From positions 750,012 to 814,011 of the forward strand of contig CATOSI010000001.1 of the NCBI GenBank assembly GCA_951812505.1: a DNA stretch of 64,000 nt, written 5' to 3'. The stretch comes from an uncultured Dehalococcoidia bacterium (lineage in GTDB: Bacteria; Chloroflexota; Dehalococcoidia; Lucifugimonadales; UBA1123). Below, one piece after another: positions 26,637 to 37,246 of the stretch. Both the position numbers and the translations under genes were made by a program. The number at the start of each line of letters is the position of its first letter. Within the stretch, counting starts at the first letter, position 1. The notes under the pieces were generated by a model. That model made no database searches, had not been told where the DNA came from, and saw only the letters and a program-made list of their open reading frames with translations.

Positions 26637-27977
26637 TTATAGGTTTTCGGAATTGAGTTCTTCCAATCGGTAAGCCTCATCAAGGAGGTCGGTTACATAT
26701 TTTACCTTAGCATCAAGTTTGCGATCCTGGACTCCGAACTGGAGCTGCATCAGGCAGCCGGGATTGGCGGTGGCGAGCACGTCTGCTTCGGTTGTCTCGA
26801 AGGCGTCCATCTTGGAGTTCAGGACGCGCAGCGAGAAGTCGCGCTCGGTTATCGTGTAGGTGCCGCCCGCTCCGCAACACTGGCCGGCGTTGGGCAACTC
26901 GACGAACTCCACGCCCTGAATGGAGCGCAGGATCTGCCGGGGAGCGGCGGTAATGCGCTGGGCGTTTCCGAGGTGGCAGGAGTCCTGGTAGGTAACGCGG
27001 TAGTCCAGAGCCGCCGTTGGGGGATCAAAGGGAAGCTCTACCAGGAATTCATTGATGTCCTTGACGGTGTAGCTGAAAATGTGCGACCGTTCCGCATACT
27101 CGGAATCGTCCTTCAGCAAGTGGCCGTACTCTTTCATGCGGGACCCGCATCCGGCGGACGCGATGACGACATATTCGACTCCCGCGTCGGTGAAGACATC
27201 AATGTTGCGCCGGGCGAGCTTTCTGGCCGTGTCGAGATCGCCTACGTGAGAGTTAATCGCGCCACAGCAGACCTGACCCTTTGGTACGACAATCTCGCAG
27301 CCGTTGCGAGCGAGCACGCGCACTGCGGCGTCCATTTCGGGGCCGTTAATCAGGGGCATTATACAGCCGGACAGGACGGCGACACGGGCGCGTTTCTCAC
27401 CAACAGCCGCGACAGTCTGACCCTTCGCCTTGAAATAGGTAGAGGAGACTTCGGGCATCGAGGACTCGAGAGCGGCCATCGAGGGCATTAGCTTATCGAG
27501 TAAGCCGGAGTTTCGTAGTAAGGCTTGGACGCCCGACCTCTGGTACAGCTTTGTAAGAGACATCAGCGCTTGCAAACGCCTCTGATGCGGGACTATCCGC
27601 TTGAGCGAAAGGTCAGCCGCACCCTTCTGAACGATGTTCTGCTTTCTGTGATCGGCTACCTGGGCCATCGTCGCCTCAATCAGGTTCCCGTACGGTACAC
27701 CCGAGGGACACGCGACTTCACAAGCCCTGCATTGGATGCAAAGATCCCAGTGACGGATCACGGTGTCGGTAATACCGATTCTGCCTTCGTTCACAGCCTT
27801 CATGAGGGCGATGCGCCCACGGGGAGATTCTGTCTCCAATCCGGTCTCGATGTATGTGGGGCAAGCCTGCAGGCAGAATCCACAGTGTACACACTTGTAC
27901 AGATCCGACTCTTCGGGGGCGTTGGGGCCCGAGAATAGTAGGGAAGGATCAACTCCTGGCTGAGTACTCACAGTCAA
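26637..27977 (-). CDS. glcF: Glycolate oxidase iron-sulfur subunit ((Fe-S)-binding, CCG-domain protein)
   Basis: 446 aa with two 4Fe-4S motifs (CVHCGFCLQACP, CIQCRACEVACP) and C-terminal CCG motifs. Confidence 0.85.
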   Translation of the reverse strand: MTVSTQPGVDPSLLFSGPNAPEESDLYKCVHCGFCLQACPTYIETGLETESPRGRIALMKAVNEGRIGITDTVIRHWDLCIQCRACEVACPSGVPYGNLIEATMAQVADHRKQNIVQKGAADLSLKRIVPHQRRLQALMSLTKLYQRSGVQALLRNSGLLDKLMPSMAALESSMPEVSSTYFKAKGQTVAAVGEKRARVAVLSGCIMPLINGPEMDAAVRVLARNGCEIVVPKGQVCCGAINSHVGDLDTARKLARRNIDVFTDAGVEYVVIASAGCGSRMKEYGHLLKDDSEYAERSHIFSYTVKDINEFLVELPFDPPTAALDYRVTYQDSCHLGNAQRITAAPRQILRSIQGVEFVELPNAGQCCGAGGTYTITERDFSLRVLNSKMDAFETTEADVLATANPGCLMQLQFGVQDRKLDAKVKYVTDLLDEAYRLEELNSENL

Positions 27978-29260
27978 ATCCTCCCTATGAACCTTCCAGG
28001 ATTCATGATGCCATTGGGGTCGTACTGCCGCTTCATTCGCCGCATCACATCAATGCCCGGATGGTCTTCCCCCCATATGTCCAGTGCTGCCTTAACGCTC
28101 GGAGGGCACTGCTGTACTACGGCGGTCCCACCTAGACGGGCAACATGCTTGCGGACTTTGGAGACTATGGCGATCAGAGAGCCGTCGGATACATCGCCTG
28201 GTGCGTACCAACAGGCTTCCACGGAGCCGAAGCCGGGCTCAGCGACGACGGCGGGTTCGAGGTCTGAATCGCACAGACTTTCAATAAGCTTCATAATCGC
28301 GCGAGTGTGCGAGGGAAGAGCCGTTGTCTTGATGTTCAGCGCCGGCACTGTTTCAGATGTCCATCCGAAGTCGGAAAGGGAACGCCACAGGGACGAAGCC
28401 GAGCCTTCAATGTCCTGCTGTGTGGATGCACTGACATCACTGAAAATGGAATTGATCTCATCCGCCTGGCGCGCAAGAGTGCGGGATCGGCCGCCCAGTC
28501 GAATTGCGAGATGATGACGGTTACTGTCTTCGTCCGAGTTTACTCGGGATGCGACGGCCGGGCCGAATGCGGTCATGGCCAGCGGCATGACGTAGGAGTT
28601 GAAGACTTGCATCGAGGCGTCCATTGCATCATCTATGTTGCTAAATGCGGCCAGTATAGTTCTCTCGTACATCGGGATGGGGGTAAGTTTGAAACTTGCC
28701 TCAAGTATTATGCCGAGGCTGCCGAGTCCTCCGATATGAAGGCGGGACATGTCGTACCCACTGACGTTTTTGACGACCAGCCCGCCGCTCTTGGTTACGC
28801 TGCCGTCGGGTTGGACGACCTTCATACCGATGACCGTATCGCGCGGGTGTCCAAAGTGCCACTTCAGCGGCCCGCTAACCGCGGCGGCGAGTGTGCCTCC
28901 CATGGTGGCGCGTTCCGGCAGCGGGGGGTCAATCGGGAGCAGCTGGCCCTGCTGAGCGAGGATCTCAGAAACGAATCCGAAGGTCGCTCCAGCCTGAAAA
29001 GATGCGGTGAGGTCGGCGAAATTGTGAGATACGACGCGGTTAAGATTGGTCGTGTCCACGACCAGACAAGGACGGGAAGGCAGATTGCCGAGACCGATAC
29101 GAGTTCCTCCGCCGTACGGAGTGATTCCGAGGCCGTCCTTATTGGCGTCGGCAACGACTTCACAGAGTTCCTCTTCGGAGGAAGGGGCGACAACGTCAAC
29201 AGGGGCGACTCCGTCAACACGATATTCCTTGGAATCGGCCTTGTTCATGCTTGGGGACAC
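27974..29260 (-). CDS. glcE: Glycolate oxidase FAD-binding subunit
   Basis: 428 aa with an FAD-binding PCMH-type domain (PYGGGTRIGLGN). It lies between glcD and glcF and overlaps the glcF start. Confidence 0.8.
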   Translation of the reverse strand: MSPSMNKADSKEYRVDGVAPVDVVAPSSEEELCEVVADANKDGLGITPYGGGTRIGLGNLPSRPCLVVDTTNLNRVVSHNFADLTASFQAGATFGFVSEILAQQGQLLPIDPPLPERATMGGTLAAAVSGPLKWHFGHPRDTVIGMKVVQPDGSVTKSGGLVVKNVSGYDMSRLHIGGLGSLGIILEASFKLTPIPMYERTILAAFSNIDDAMDASMQVFNSYVMPLAMTAFGPAVASRVNSDEDSNRHHLAIRLGGRSRTLARQADEINSIFSDVSASTQQDIEGSASSLWRSLSDFGWTSETVPALNIKTTALPSHTRAIMKLIESLCDSDLEPAVVAEPGFGSVEACWYAPGDVSDGSLIAIVSKVRKHVARLGGTAVVQQCPPSVKAALDIWGEDHPGIDVMRRMKRQYDPNGIMNPGRFIGRI

Positions 29261-29263
29261 GGC

Positions 29264-30739
29264 CTAGATGTAGGCGCCGGGGCCCGCGCGCTGGATTGCG
29301 GCTGCCTGGGACACGTCGGAGCAGGATGCGCCGGTCGGGAATATCTTGCCCGGGTTGAACATGTTATTCGTTGCGAAAGACGGTCTGAGCTCTGCCATTG
29401 CCTGCATGTCGGCATCGGTAAACATCAGAGGCATGTGCTCCTGCTTCTCGAGACCTATTCCGTGCTCCCCGGACAGGACTCCGCCAACCTCCACGCACAT
29501 CTCAAGTATCTCGCCGGCTATGTCGAGAGCGTTTTCGGTGTCGCCCGGCTTTCTCTCGTCGAAAAGTATCGAGGGATGGAGATTACCGTCTCCGGCGTGA
29601 AGCAGGTTGGCAATGGGGTATCCGGTTCGATCAGATATGTCGCTTATGCGGGAGAGAACTTCGACCAGCCGGGTTCTGGGGACTGTGCCATCCACAAGGA
29701 TGTAGTTGGGGGCAAGTCGGCCCAAAGCTCCAAGAACGCCCTTCCTGCCGGACCAGAGTCTTTCGCGCGCGACCGGATCGGTTGCGGTCCTGATTTCTAG
29801 CGGGTTATAGGAACTGCACACTTCCTCGATGGCAGCGACCTCCTCCTCGACAGATTCCGCGAGGCCGTCAACTTCGACGAGAAGCACCGCGCCAGCGCCC
29901 GCAGGATAGCCCGCGTTGACGGCGGGCTCGACGGCGCGGATGCAAGTGTCGTCCATCATCTCAATGGCAGCGGGCACTATGCCTGCGCCGATTATGCCGG
30001 ACACGGCCGCGCTCGCGTCGTCGAGTTCCTGGAAGATGGCGAGCAGGGTCTTCACGGATTCCGGCTGCCTGAGAAGTCGGACGGCAATCTTGGTGACCAT
30101 CGCAAGTGTGCCCTCGGAGCCGATAAGGATCCCCCGAAGATCGAAGCCTGGGTAGTTCCTTCCTAGTCCGCCGACCCATTCGATGCTTCCGTCGGCGTAA
30201 ACGACCTCGAGGCCAAGGACGTGATTCGTGGTAACTCCGTAGGCGAGGCAGTGAGGTCCGCCGGAGTTCTCTGCCACGTTACCTCCAATCGTGCAGGCAC
30301 GCTGGCTGGAAGGGTCGGGCGCGTAGTAGAGGCCATACTGGGAAACGTGCTCGGTGAGGTGTAGGTTTATCACACCGGGTTCGATTATGGCGACTCGATT
30401 CTCGACATCCACTTCGAGTATGCGAGTCATCCGGGTCAGGGCGAGGACTAAGCCGCCGTGTTCGGCGACGGCGCCTCCGCTGAGTCCGGTGCCTGCTCCG
30501 CGCGCGACCACAGGAATCTCGTGTCCGGCAGCGACTTTGACGCAGCGCGAGACTTCTTCTGCGCTGTCGGGCAATGCAACCACTGTGGGGAGAGCGCGGT
30601 CAACTGAGCCATCGTATTCGAAGACGATCAGGTCTTCGGGCTTGTGGAGGACATAGTCCGATCCGACGATGGCCTGAAGTTCTTCGATTATGGCTCGGAA
30701 GTCCACCATCCAGCCTCCCTCTTGCATGGAGGCAATCAT
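29264..30739 (-). CDS. glcD: Glycolate oxidase / FAD-linked oxidase large subunit
   Basis: 491 aa. Motifs: VVARGAGTGLSGGAV and the C-terminal GEHGIGLEK. Confidence 0.88.
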   Translation of the reverse strand: MIASMQEGGWMVDFRAIIEELQAIVGSDYVLHKPEDLIVFEYDGSVDRALPTVVALPDSAEEVSRCVKVAAGHEIPVVARGAGTGLSGGAVAEHGGLVLALTRMTRILEVDVENRVAIIEPGVINLHLTEHVSQYGLYYAPDPSSQRACTIGGNVAENSGGPHCLAYGVTTNHVLGLEVVYADGSIEWVGGLGRNYPGFDLRGILIGSEGTLAMVTKIAVRLLRQPESVKTLLAIFQELDDASAAVSGIIGAGIVPAAIEMMDDTCIRAVEPAVNAGYPAGAGAVLLVEVDGLAESVEEEVAAIEEVCSSYNPLEIRTATDPVARERLWSGRKGVLGALGRLAPNYILVDGTVPRTRLVEVLSRISDISDRTGYPIANLLHAGDGNLHPSILFDERKPGDTENALDIAGEILEMCVEVGGVLSGEHGIGLEKQEHMPLMFTDADMQAMAELRPSFATNNMFNPGKIFPTGASCSDVSQAAAIQRAGPGAYI

Positions 30740-30833
30740 AGTTGATTGGGGCGGGGATAGGCAATAAGCCTATCAACCAGGGCAGGGCCTTTTCAAAGTC
30801 GACCATGTCGAGCATTGACCGCCCCTCCCCCCT

Positions 30834-31034
30834 GGATTCCCGCTCCCCGTCTCCACGAGGACAGGCTTCGCGGGAATCACCCATGCAGGTTACGCTCAGC
30901 ACAACGAGCAATGAAAATATCCATCTTCATACCAATGACGGTAGTTGTGCAAAGGTCTCCGTTAAGGGGAAGGGACTTTTGCCCGCCCTTGTCAGCCCAT
31001 CAAGGGAGAGGGGACATTCAACATACAGGCGACG
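30834..31034. repeat. Composite intergenic repeat cluster (family-1 palindrome with a 26-nt loop insertion, the GTTGTGCAAAGGTCTCC module, and a family-2 GGGAGAGGGGA element)
   Basis: ggattcccgc...26 nt...gcgggaatc spans 30834-30878. caatgacggtagttgtgcaaaggtctcc starts at 30933. catcaagggagaggggacattcaacatacaggcgacg lies at about 30998-31034. Confidence 0.75.
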
Positions 31035-31043
31035 CGACCCAGT

Positions 31044-33089
31044 CTAGCTCAGGACCTGGGACATCATGGCGTCGGGGTTGGTTGTGGGGAGCTGGCAGGC
31101 GTAGTTGCGGCAGACGTAGGCGGTCGGCTTGCCTTCAATGACCGTTCTGTCCTGGAATACAGGCCAGTGGCTTACATCTTCGGCATTCTCGGGGGCGGAC
31201 ACAACGACTGTGCTTGTCTGGTAGGCGGAGGCGAGGCGACGGAGCAATTCGTCCGGTCCGGGACCGCCTGCGCCGGTTACTATGACCGCTTCTTTGTGGT
31301 CGGACAGATAGAAGTCGAGGACGGACAGCCAGTGTCCGGCGCCAGTGGGGAACTGGATCATGATGTCGCGGACGGAGCGGAGTGAATCGGAGGCCATGGT
31401 CCTGAGATCGCCGTCACCTGTGATAATGGAGAGTCGGGCCAGTACACCTGTCATCATGGAGTGACCGGAGGGGAGTGCGTTGTCGGTGACGTCGCGGGGT
31501 CGGATTATGAGGCTTTCCTGGTCGCTGCCTGTATCGTAGAAGCGACTCTGAAGGGGGTCCCAGAAAAGCGCGACGGCCTGCCGCGTCAGTTTCTCGGCCT
31601 GGACGAGCCAGCGTAGGTCGCCGTCCGCGGAGTGCAGCGCGAGCAGGCCGTCTATGAGGTGGGAGTAGTCGCCGAGGAAGCCCTGCGCGCCGTTGTCGGA
31701 ATCTCCGTCGGTCCGTCTCAGACGATCTTCCCGCACCATGTTTGTCAGAATGAAATCGGCGTTGTCGTGGGCGGATTTCAGATAGTCGTCCCTGCCGAAC
31801 ACGGCGGCGGCCTCGGCCATGGCAGCCATCATTAGTCCATTCCAGGATGTGATTACCTTTGTATCGGTGAGTGGGGCTATCCTGCCTGAACGTTCCTCCA
31901 GCAGCCTGGCGCTGGCGGACTCTACTAGGGATTCCAGACCTGCTACGGACATGGAATGTCTAGCCGCAACTTCGGAGGCGTCGTTGGGCACATTGAGGAT
32001 AGACATGCCCTCGAAGTTGCCCTCGGTGGTGACTCCGAAATAGTCGGCGACGACATTGGCATCCGCATTGCCGAGCACGCGGGCTAGCTGTTCGGGTCGC
32101 CAGACGAAGAACTTGCCTTCCACGCCCTCGCTGTCGGCGTCCTGGGCAGCGTAGAAGCCGCCATCGGAGTGGCGCATTTCTCGCAGGACGTAGTCGAGTA
32201 TTCCCTGCGCGACTCTCGCATAGGACGGGTTCCGGGTGGCCTGGAATGCGTGCGTGTAGAGCCGCGCAAGCAGAGCGTTGTCGTATAGCATCTTCTCAAA
32301 GTGCGGGACAAGCCAGAAGGCGTCGGTGGAGTACCTGTGGAACCCACCGCCAATCTGGTCGTACATGCCTCCTGCAGCCATTTTGTCGAGGGTCAGTTCC
32401 AGCATCTCGAGCGCGAGCGGCACACCGGTCCTGTGGTAGAAGCGGAGCAGGAATTCGAGGGTCTGCGGCTGGGGGAACTTAGGCTGAAGGCCGAAGCCGC
32501 CGGACCTGTCGTCGAACTGGTTAGTCAACTGGTCGAACGCGGCCCGCAGTATCGCATCGGTGAGAGGTTCCACACTTCTGCCCGCTGCGAAAGACTGGTT
32601 AATCCTGTCGACAAGCTGCCTGCCGCTGGTTATCACATCGGAGCGGCGCGTACTGAATACCTCGGCCATCGTGGAGAGAACTCGGGGGAAAGAGGGCAGG
32701 CCACCCCTGTCTTCGGGCGGGAAGTATGTGCCGCCGTAGAAGGGAGAACCGTCCGCCGTGAGGAAGACGGTCATGGGCCAACCGCCATGTCCGGTCATTG
32801 CCTGGATAGCAGTCATGTAAACGGAATCTACGTCTGGGCGCTCCTCGCGGTCCACCTTGATACTGATGAACGATTCATTCATCATGGCGGCGATTTCGGG
32901 ATTCTCGAAGGACTCGCGCTCCATGACGTGGCACCAGTGGCAGGAGGAGTAGCCGACGCTGAGCAGGACAGGCAGGTCGCGCTCGCGGGCGGCCTCGAAC
33001 GCCTCCTCGCCCCAGGGATACCAGTCAACCGGGTTGTCTTTGTGCTGGAGCAGATAGAGGCTAGTTTCGTTGGACAGGCGGTTAGGCAT
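31044..33089 (-). CDS. Thioredoxin-domain (DUF255) protein with (alpha/alpha)6 barrel, YyaL/SSP411 family
   Basis: 681 aa. It begins [29 protein letters not shown] and contains [10 protein letters not shown]. Confidence 0.88.
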   Translation of the reverse strand: MPNRLSNETSLYLLQHKDNPVDWYPWGEEAFEAARERDLPVLLSVGYSSCHWCHVMERESFENPEIAAMMNESFISIKVDREERPDVDSVYMTAIQAMTGHGGWPMTVFLTADGSPFYGGTYFPPEDRGGLPSFPRVLSTMAEVFSTRRSDVITSGRQLVDRINQSFAAGRSVEPLTDAILRAAFDQLTNQFDDRSGGFGLQPKFPQPQTLEFLLRFYHRTGVPLALEMLELTLDKMAAGGMYDQIGGGFHRYSTDAFWLVPHFEKMLYDNALLARLYTHAFQATRNPSYARVAQGILDYVLREMRHSDGGFYAAQDADSEGVEGKFFVWRPEQLARVLGNADANVVADYFGVTTEGNFEGMSILNVPNDASEVAARHSMSVAGLESLVESASARLLEERSGRIAPLTDTKVITSWNGLMMAAMAEAAAVFGRDDYLKSAHDNADFILTNMVREDRLRRTDGDSDNGAQGFLGDYSHLIDGLLALHSADGDLRWLVQAEKLTRQAVALFWDPLQSRFYDTGSDQESLIIRPRDVTDNALPSGHSMMTGVLARLSIITGDGDLRTMASDSLRSVRDIMIQFPTGAGHWLSVLDFYLSDHKEAVIVTGAGGPGPDELLRRLASAYQTSTVVVSAPENAEDVSHWPVFQDRTVIEGKPTAYVCRNYACQLPTTNPDAMMSQVLS

Positions 33090-33098
33090 AGTTGGGTC

Positions 33099-34580
33099 TC
33101 AGTCTCCGCGGACCTGTAGGGTCGTTACTTCTTTGGACTCGAGGTCGGTAACCCGGATGGCATGGTTGTTGGTGTCCGCAATGTAGAGCTTGCCGTCGTG
33201 GGCACTAACTCCGCCGGGTTCGTAGAACTGGGCCTGGGAGCCGTCGCCGTCCGCGTCGCCGACTTCGCCCGAACCGAATACGGACCTGCACAGTCGCGAA
33301 CCGGGGTCGAGGGACTTGATCTTGTTGTTGTACGAGTCGGTAATCCAGAGCAAGCCTTCGTGGAGCTCGAGTCCGATGGGGTGCTGCAGTCTCACATCGT
33401 CTCCGATGCCGTCAACGTCTCCGAAGGTAAACAGTCCCTCGCCGACGAGGGTGTTCACCGCGCCCATCGGAGAGACGGAGGCGGACCTGATCGAACTCGT
33501 TTCGCTGTCGGCGAAGTAGATGGTCTCGCCGTCCGACACAATGCCGCTGGGCTGGGCGAGTTCGGCTTGCTGGAGGGGGCCGTCGATGATTCTCTCGCGA
33601 CCGTTGCCAGCGTGCGGACGCAGGTCCCTGCTGTCGAGGTCCAGCTTCCATAGCTGGTGGAAACCAGCCATCGCTATGTACAGAGCGCTTTCGACTTTGA
33701 CCACGTCCCAGGGGGAGGCCAGGGATACGAAGCGTCCATTGCCACCAGCGTGCCGTCCCACAGACTGCTCGCCGGTGCCGGCGATAGTCCTGACCTGGAG
33801 ACTTTCGAGGTCTATCATCCTGATGGCGTGATTCTTGGTGTCGGCCACGTAGAGACGGGGCCAGTCGAGGGCGGCGCCCTGTGGATCGTGGAAAGCGGCC
33901 TCAGTTGCGTGGCCGTCCTTCAGACCGCGCTCGCCACTTCCAATTACGGCTTTGACCTCGCCGTCCAAGTCGGTCCAGACTATCCTGTTGTGACTGGAGT
34001 CGGAGATGAACAGTCCATGTTCGGAAGCGACCACCTTGCCGGGGAAGGAGAGGGGACGCTCCCACTCCAATTCGCTCTCGAGTCTGAAGGCGAGGGGCTT
34101 GCGGTCCATTTCGCCGATCTCGTCGAATTCGCCGATCATAGTAGCGAGGACGTTGTCCAGCGCCTCAATCGGGAACTCACCTTCGTGCTTGCCAATGACC
34201 TTGCCCGACGGACTTATGAACATCAGGGTGGGCCAGGCCCGGCAGGCGTACTGCTGCCAGACCATGAAATCGGCGTCGTTGATGACGGGGTGTTCTATTT
34301 CGTATCGAAGAATGGCGCGCCGAACACTATCCGTAGCTTTCTCCGCGTTGAACTTAGCCGAGTGAACTCCAACCACCGCGAGTTCGCCAGCGTACTTCTC
34401 CTCCAATTTCCGCAACTGCGGAAACACATGCATACAGTTAATTCAACAGTACGTCCAGAAGTCCAAGACCAGAACCTTGCCACTGAAATCGGCAAGCGTT
34501 AGTGGGCGTTCGGTGTTCAGCCAATCCAGGCCCGTCGGAAAATCGGGGGCATTGACGGTCCCAGTGAATCTGCGCGCCAT
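33099..34580 (-). CDS. Thioredoxin-like (AhpC/TSA fold) + NHL-repeat beta-propeller protein (NHLRC2-like). Candidate selenoprotein with in-frame UGA at 34443-34445.
   Basis: Track ORFs 34443..34700 and 33099..34433 are in the same frame, separated only by TGA. The joined sequence reads ...[12 protein letters not shown]-[TGA][17 protein letters not shown]..., so the TGA occupies the first Cys of the CxxC redox motif. The start ATG at 34580 lies 7 nt after a GAGGAG RBS. NHL-type repeats follow. Confidence 0.62.
34407..34424 (-). promoter_or_regulatory. Candidate bacterial SECIS hairpin
   Basis: The RNA UUUCCGC-AGUU-GCGGAAA has a 7-bp perfect stem and a 4-nt loop containing GU. It starts 18 nt downstream of the in-frame UGA. 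Confidence 0.45.
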
Positions 34581-34647
34581 AGCATTACTCCTCGCATCAT
34601 TTCCATCGTCAGCGACAGAATCGCTGGGAAATCGGTTATGCCCGAAC

Positions 34648-35307
34648 TCAGGCGGGCCAGTCTTCGAGATTATACGCCATTGTCCAGAACATGTGCTCAT
34701 AGCGTGAGCTGGTTAGATAAGCCTGCTCCATCATATCTCGCGTATCGGGGCCAGCTTCATCGGCGAGTTCGTCCACGAATTCCGACCAAGCGGCTACGCT
34801 TACTTCAAGCAGCCCCTCCGCGTAGCTTGACTGCCAGATCTTGTAAGTGGGATGTTCGGGCTCTTTCAGTATCTTGCCGACCTCATGGTATATGCGAGGG
34901 CAGGGGAGAAGAGCCGCGACGCCGCAGGCAAGACCGCCCATGTCCATCGAGACTTCGATGTGGTTCATATACGCAAGATTCGTCGGTGAGGGTGTCGAGG
35001 CTTCTGCCTCCTCCTCCGTGACGCCAAGCGCGTCAAAGAGCGCGCCGTGTAGCGGCCTTTCCACCGGGGTCGTCACCCGCTTGAGCAGCCTGACGGCGGA
35101 ATCTGTGTCGGGGGCCTGAGCGAGCGCTGCGGCGGCCGCACGTCCGAATGCGCCAAGGTACAGATAGTCCTGCAGAATGTAAAAGCGAAACTTCTCTATT
35201 GGGAGGGTCCCGTCCTGCAATTCAGCGAGGAAGGGATGGACAGACACCGATTCCCATATTGGGGAAGCTTGGCTCCAAAGGAAAGAGCTGAACGAGCTGT
35301 TTTCCAT
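34648..35307 (-). CDS. tenA: TenA-family aminopyrimidine aminohydrolase (thiaminase II)
   Basis: 219 aa with [28 protein letters not shown]. Confidence 0.85.
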   Translation of the reverse strand: MENSSFSSFLWSQASPIWESVSVHPFLAELQDGTLPIEKFRFYILQDYLYLGAFGRAAAAALAQAPDTDSAVRLLKRVTTPVERPLHGALFDALGVTEEEAEASTPSPTNLAYMNHIEVSMDMGGLACGVAALLPCPRIYHEVGKILKEPEHPTYKIWQSSYAEGLLEVSVAAWSEFVDELADEAGPDTRDMMEQAYLTSSRYEHMFWTMAYNLEDWPA

Positions 35308-35526
35308 CTATTATAATATCTCCATTATAAGCTACGAGAATCCAGTAGAAGGCATTGATGCATATATGTGAATATTTTTATACAGAATGGCGATTCATGT
35401 AGTTGCGATTTCGATCTGGCGTATCAGTCGACGGCATACATATCTAACAATTGCAATATTCATTAAGATTATTCAGACAGGTCGGTGGGGTAGTATGGCG
35501 GACAATGCCGGTCGGAGCGAGGGGAG

Positions 35527-35600
35527 CGTCCCTGGCAGGATTCGAACCCGCGACCCGCTGCTTAGAAGGCAGCCGCTCTATCCAGCTGAGCTACAGGGAC
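35527..35600 (-). tRNA. tRNA-Arg (anticodon UCU)
   Basis: Folded by hand as a cloverleaf. The acceptor stem is GTCCCTG/CAGGGAC and the D stem GCTC/GAGC. The anticodon stem is GCTGC/GCAGC with loop CTTCTAA. The T arm is GCGGG-TTCGAAT-CCTGC, and the discriminator is G. CCA is not encoded. Confidence 0.88.
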
Positions 35601-35949
35601 ACAGTCTGACTACGAATTCAGTTTAGCAACGGCCCATATTCGGGTCAAGGAAGTCGAGAATCAATTCGTCTGCCTTCAGACTCTTGTCTGCAGTACCGGC
35701 GGTCAATCTCTTCAGGAAACTTTCACGATTCGCGACGTCGGAAAAGATGACCTCATCAGAGATGCTAAATTCGATTATCTTCGGAAGGACCAAACGGATT
35801 GTTCATCTGCGTCATTTCCTGGAAGCAGCCTACCAGCTATCGAACTTCTAGAACTCACAGCCATCGCGAAAATGCGACGACGTCAAACCCCGTCACACTG
35901 AACACGGTCATCACATTGCGGCAAGCGCGGGAAGAGAATTGATCTGACT

Positions 35950-36444
35950 TCAACGGGCGCTTGAGTCTGTCCTGATCCAGACTATAGACACCGGTTTTTG
36001 GGAAAGTTCTCGAATTTCGACCAATTTGACCGCTTCGACATACGGTAGGGTAGTGCAGTGGCGCTGCAAAAGTCTTCCCAGCGGCCTTCCAAGCAGCATC
36101 GCAGCTATGACCGCGGCGACCGAACCTCGGACGGTGGACCAGAAAGTCCTCTTCCGACCTGAGAATATCCTGGCCGCCAAGGCTCCCACGAGCGCGAAAG
36201 TCACGATGTTTGTTCCACAATACGGGGAGATCGCGAGCTCGGAATTGCCGGCTTTCAGAAGGTCCAAGGCATCCCGGGCGGCGAGCGCAACATCATCTAT
36301 GGAACCACGCGACCAGATAACGAATCCGGGGCCAATCGAGTAGCCTCCCATCGGCGCGGGCACGCCACGTTCCAGCATGAGGGTCACCGTCGCGTGTTCG
36401 ATTGCGTGGTTCCTGCGAACACTTTCCATAAGGGCTATTCTCAA
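35950..36444 (-). CDS. Conserved-looking hypothetical protein (NHAIEHAT and SPYCGTN motifs, one or two hydrophobic segments)
   Basis: 164-aa ORF with coding-like composition. Its start overlaps the stop of the upstream ORF as ATGA. Confidence 0.55.
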   Translation of the reverse strand: MRIALMESVRRNHAIEHATVTLMLERGVPAPMGGYSIGPGFVIWSRGSIDDVALAARDALDLLKAGNSELAISPYCGTNIVTFALVGALAARIFSGRKRTFWSTVRGSVAAVIAAMLLGRPLGRLLQRHCTTLPYVEAVKLVEIRELSQKPVSIVWIRTDSSAR

Positions 36445-36782
36445 GTCAGGCCTCCTCGCACGCCGGAATCATGAAGCGACTGGCGTACAAGAATAACACA
36501 TGTCAGTAGTTCGGAGATTCCTGTGTATTTGCACCAAGCACCTTGGACCTGTGATACCCGGGGCAATAACGTCTCAGGTGCTACGCGCCACCAAAATGCA
36601 ATGAGGGTCTCATGGTAGAGGAGGATCAAGCACGTAACTGCCAGTCCGACGCTGCCTAAGACAAGCCAGATGGCGCTCGCAGTAGGGCAGACTATATAAA
36701 CTGGGCAATCATTATTAAACACAAAACAACAGTGTAAAATATATGACACTCGCCTGCTTATCTTATTCAGAATGATTTCCAA
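36441..36782 (-). CDS. Hypothetical small membrane protein (uncertain start)
   Basis: 113-aa ORF with a hydrophobic helix (AIWLVLGSVGLAVTCLILLY). It has a 4-nt overlap with the downstream gene. The 5' part is AT-rich. Confidence 0.35.
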   Translation of the reverse strand: MEIILNKISRRVSYILHCCFVFNNDCPVYIVCPTASAIWLVLGSVGLAVTCLILLYHETLIAFWWRVAPETLLPRVSQVQGAWCKYTGISELLTCVILVRQSLHDSGVRGGLT

Positions 36783-36890
36783 CTATTTCAAGATCATGGC
36801 AAATGCTGGAAAAAGTATTGAAAAGTACATTGACACTTTGCCTCTGCAATATTAGAATGCCTACAACATCAATAAACGGAGGCAGGGGAA

Positions 36891-37115
36891 ATGACCCGCA
36901 AGACCAAGAAGATGATCGCCGTCGAAGAGAAGTTCCACCAGCCACTCGAGAAGATTCTGCCTGAGATGGTAACCGCCGAAGGGCTGTCCTCCACCGCAGA
37001 CAGGCTCGGCGTGAGCAAGGCGACGTTGGGCTACTGGCTGCTCAAGCTGGGCATCAACGTCAGGAGAGTCGCGCTCGCGCCGGGCGAAACCATCGAGATC
37101 AAGCGAGTAAGCTAA
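36891..37115 (+). CDS. Small helix-turn-helix DNA-binding protein
   Basis: 74 aa. The HTH-like stretch reads TADRLGVSKATLGYWLLKLG. A GGAGGCAGGGG RBS region lies upstream. Confidence 0.5.
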   Translation: MTRKTKKMIAVEEKFHQPLEKILPEMVTAEGLSSTADRLGVSKATLGYWLLKLGINVRRVALAPGETIEIKRVS

Positions 37116-37246
37116 GATGGTCCATTCTCCCGGGCAGCGGGAATGGCCCAATACTGAGTCAGACAAAATGACCGTCGGGTGCGAACCCGGCGGTCATCTG
37201 CGTTTCACAGGAGCGCTTCTTCTAATGCACAGGAGAAGACCAGGAG

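Noticed and set aside
28307-29800. A long plus-strand ORF of 497 aa. Similar long antisense ORFs occur elsewhere, for example 38281..39597 (438 aa), 60311..61450 (379 aa), 15479..16390 (303 aa), 16918..17778 (286 aa), 46511..47395 (294 aa), 33657..34502 (281 aa) and 32301..33119 (272 aa).
   Set aside because: Each lies entirely antisense to a gene with clear family motifs (glcE/glcD, ctp, hisB/hisC, fhs, adh, miaA, the NHL protein, DUF255). Their translations are Arg/Gly/Val/Asp-rich with no motifs. This is typical of shadow ORFs in high-G+C DNA.
35387-35626. A 79-aa plus-strand ORF.
   Set aside because: It overlaps the well-folded tRNA-Arg(UCU) gene on the opposite strand and the AT-rich spacer, so it is spurious.
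35622-35792. Possible small minus-strand ORF just upstream of the tRNA (TTG start; ...VLPKIIEFSISDEVIFSDVANRESFLKRLTAGTADKSLKADELILDFLDPNMGRC).
   Set aside because: It has no ATG start and is below the size threshold. It has no RBS or motif I can recognise, and neighbouring frames contain stops. It could be a gene fragment, but the evidence is insufficient.
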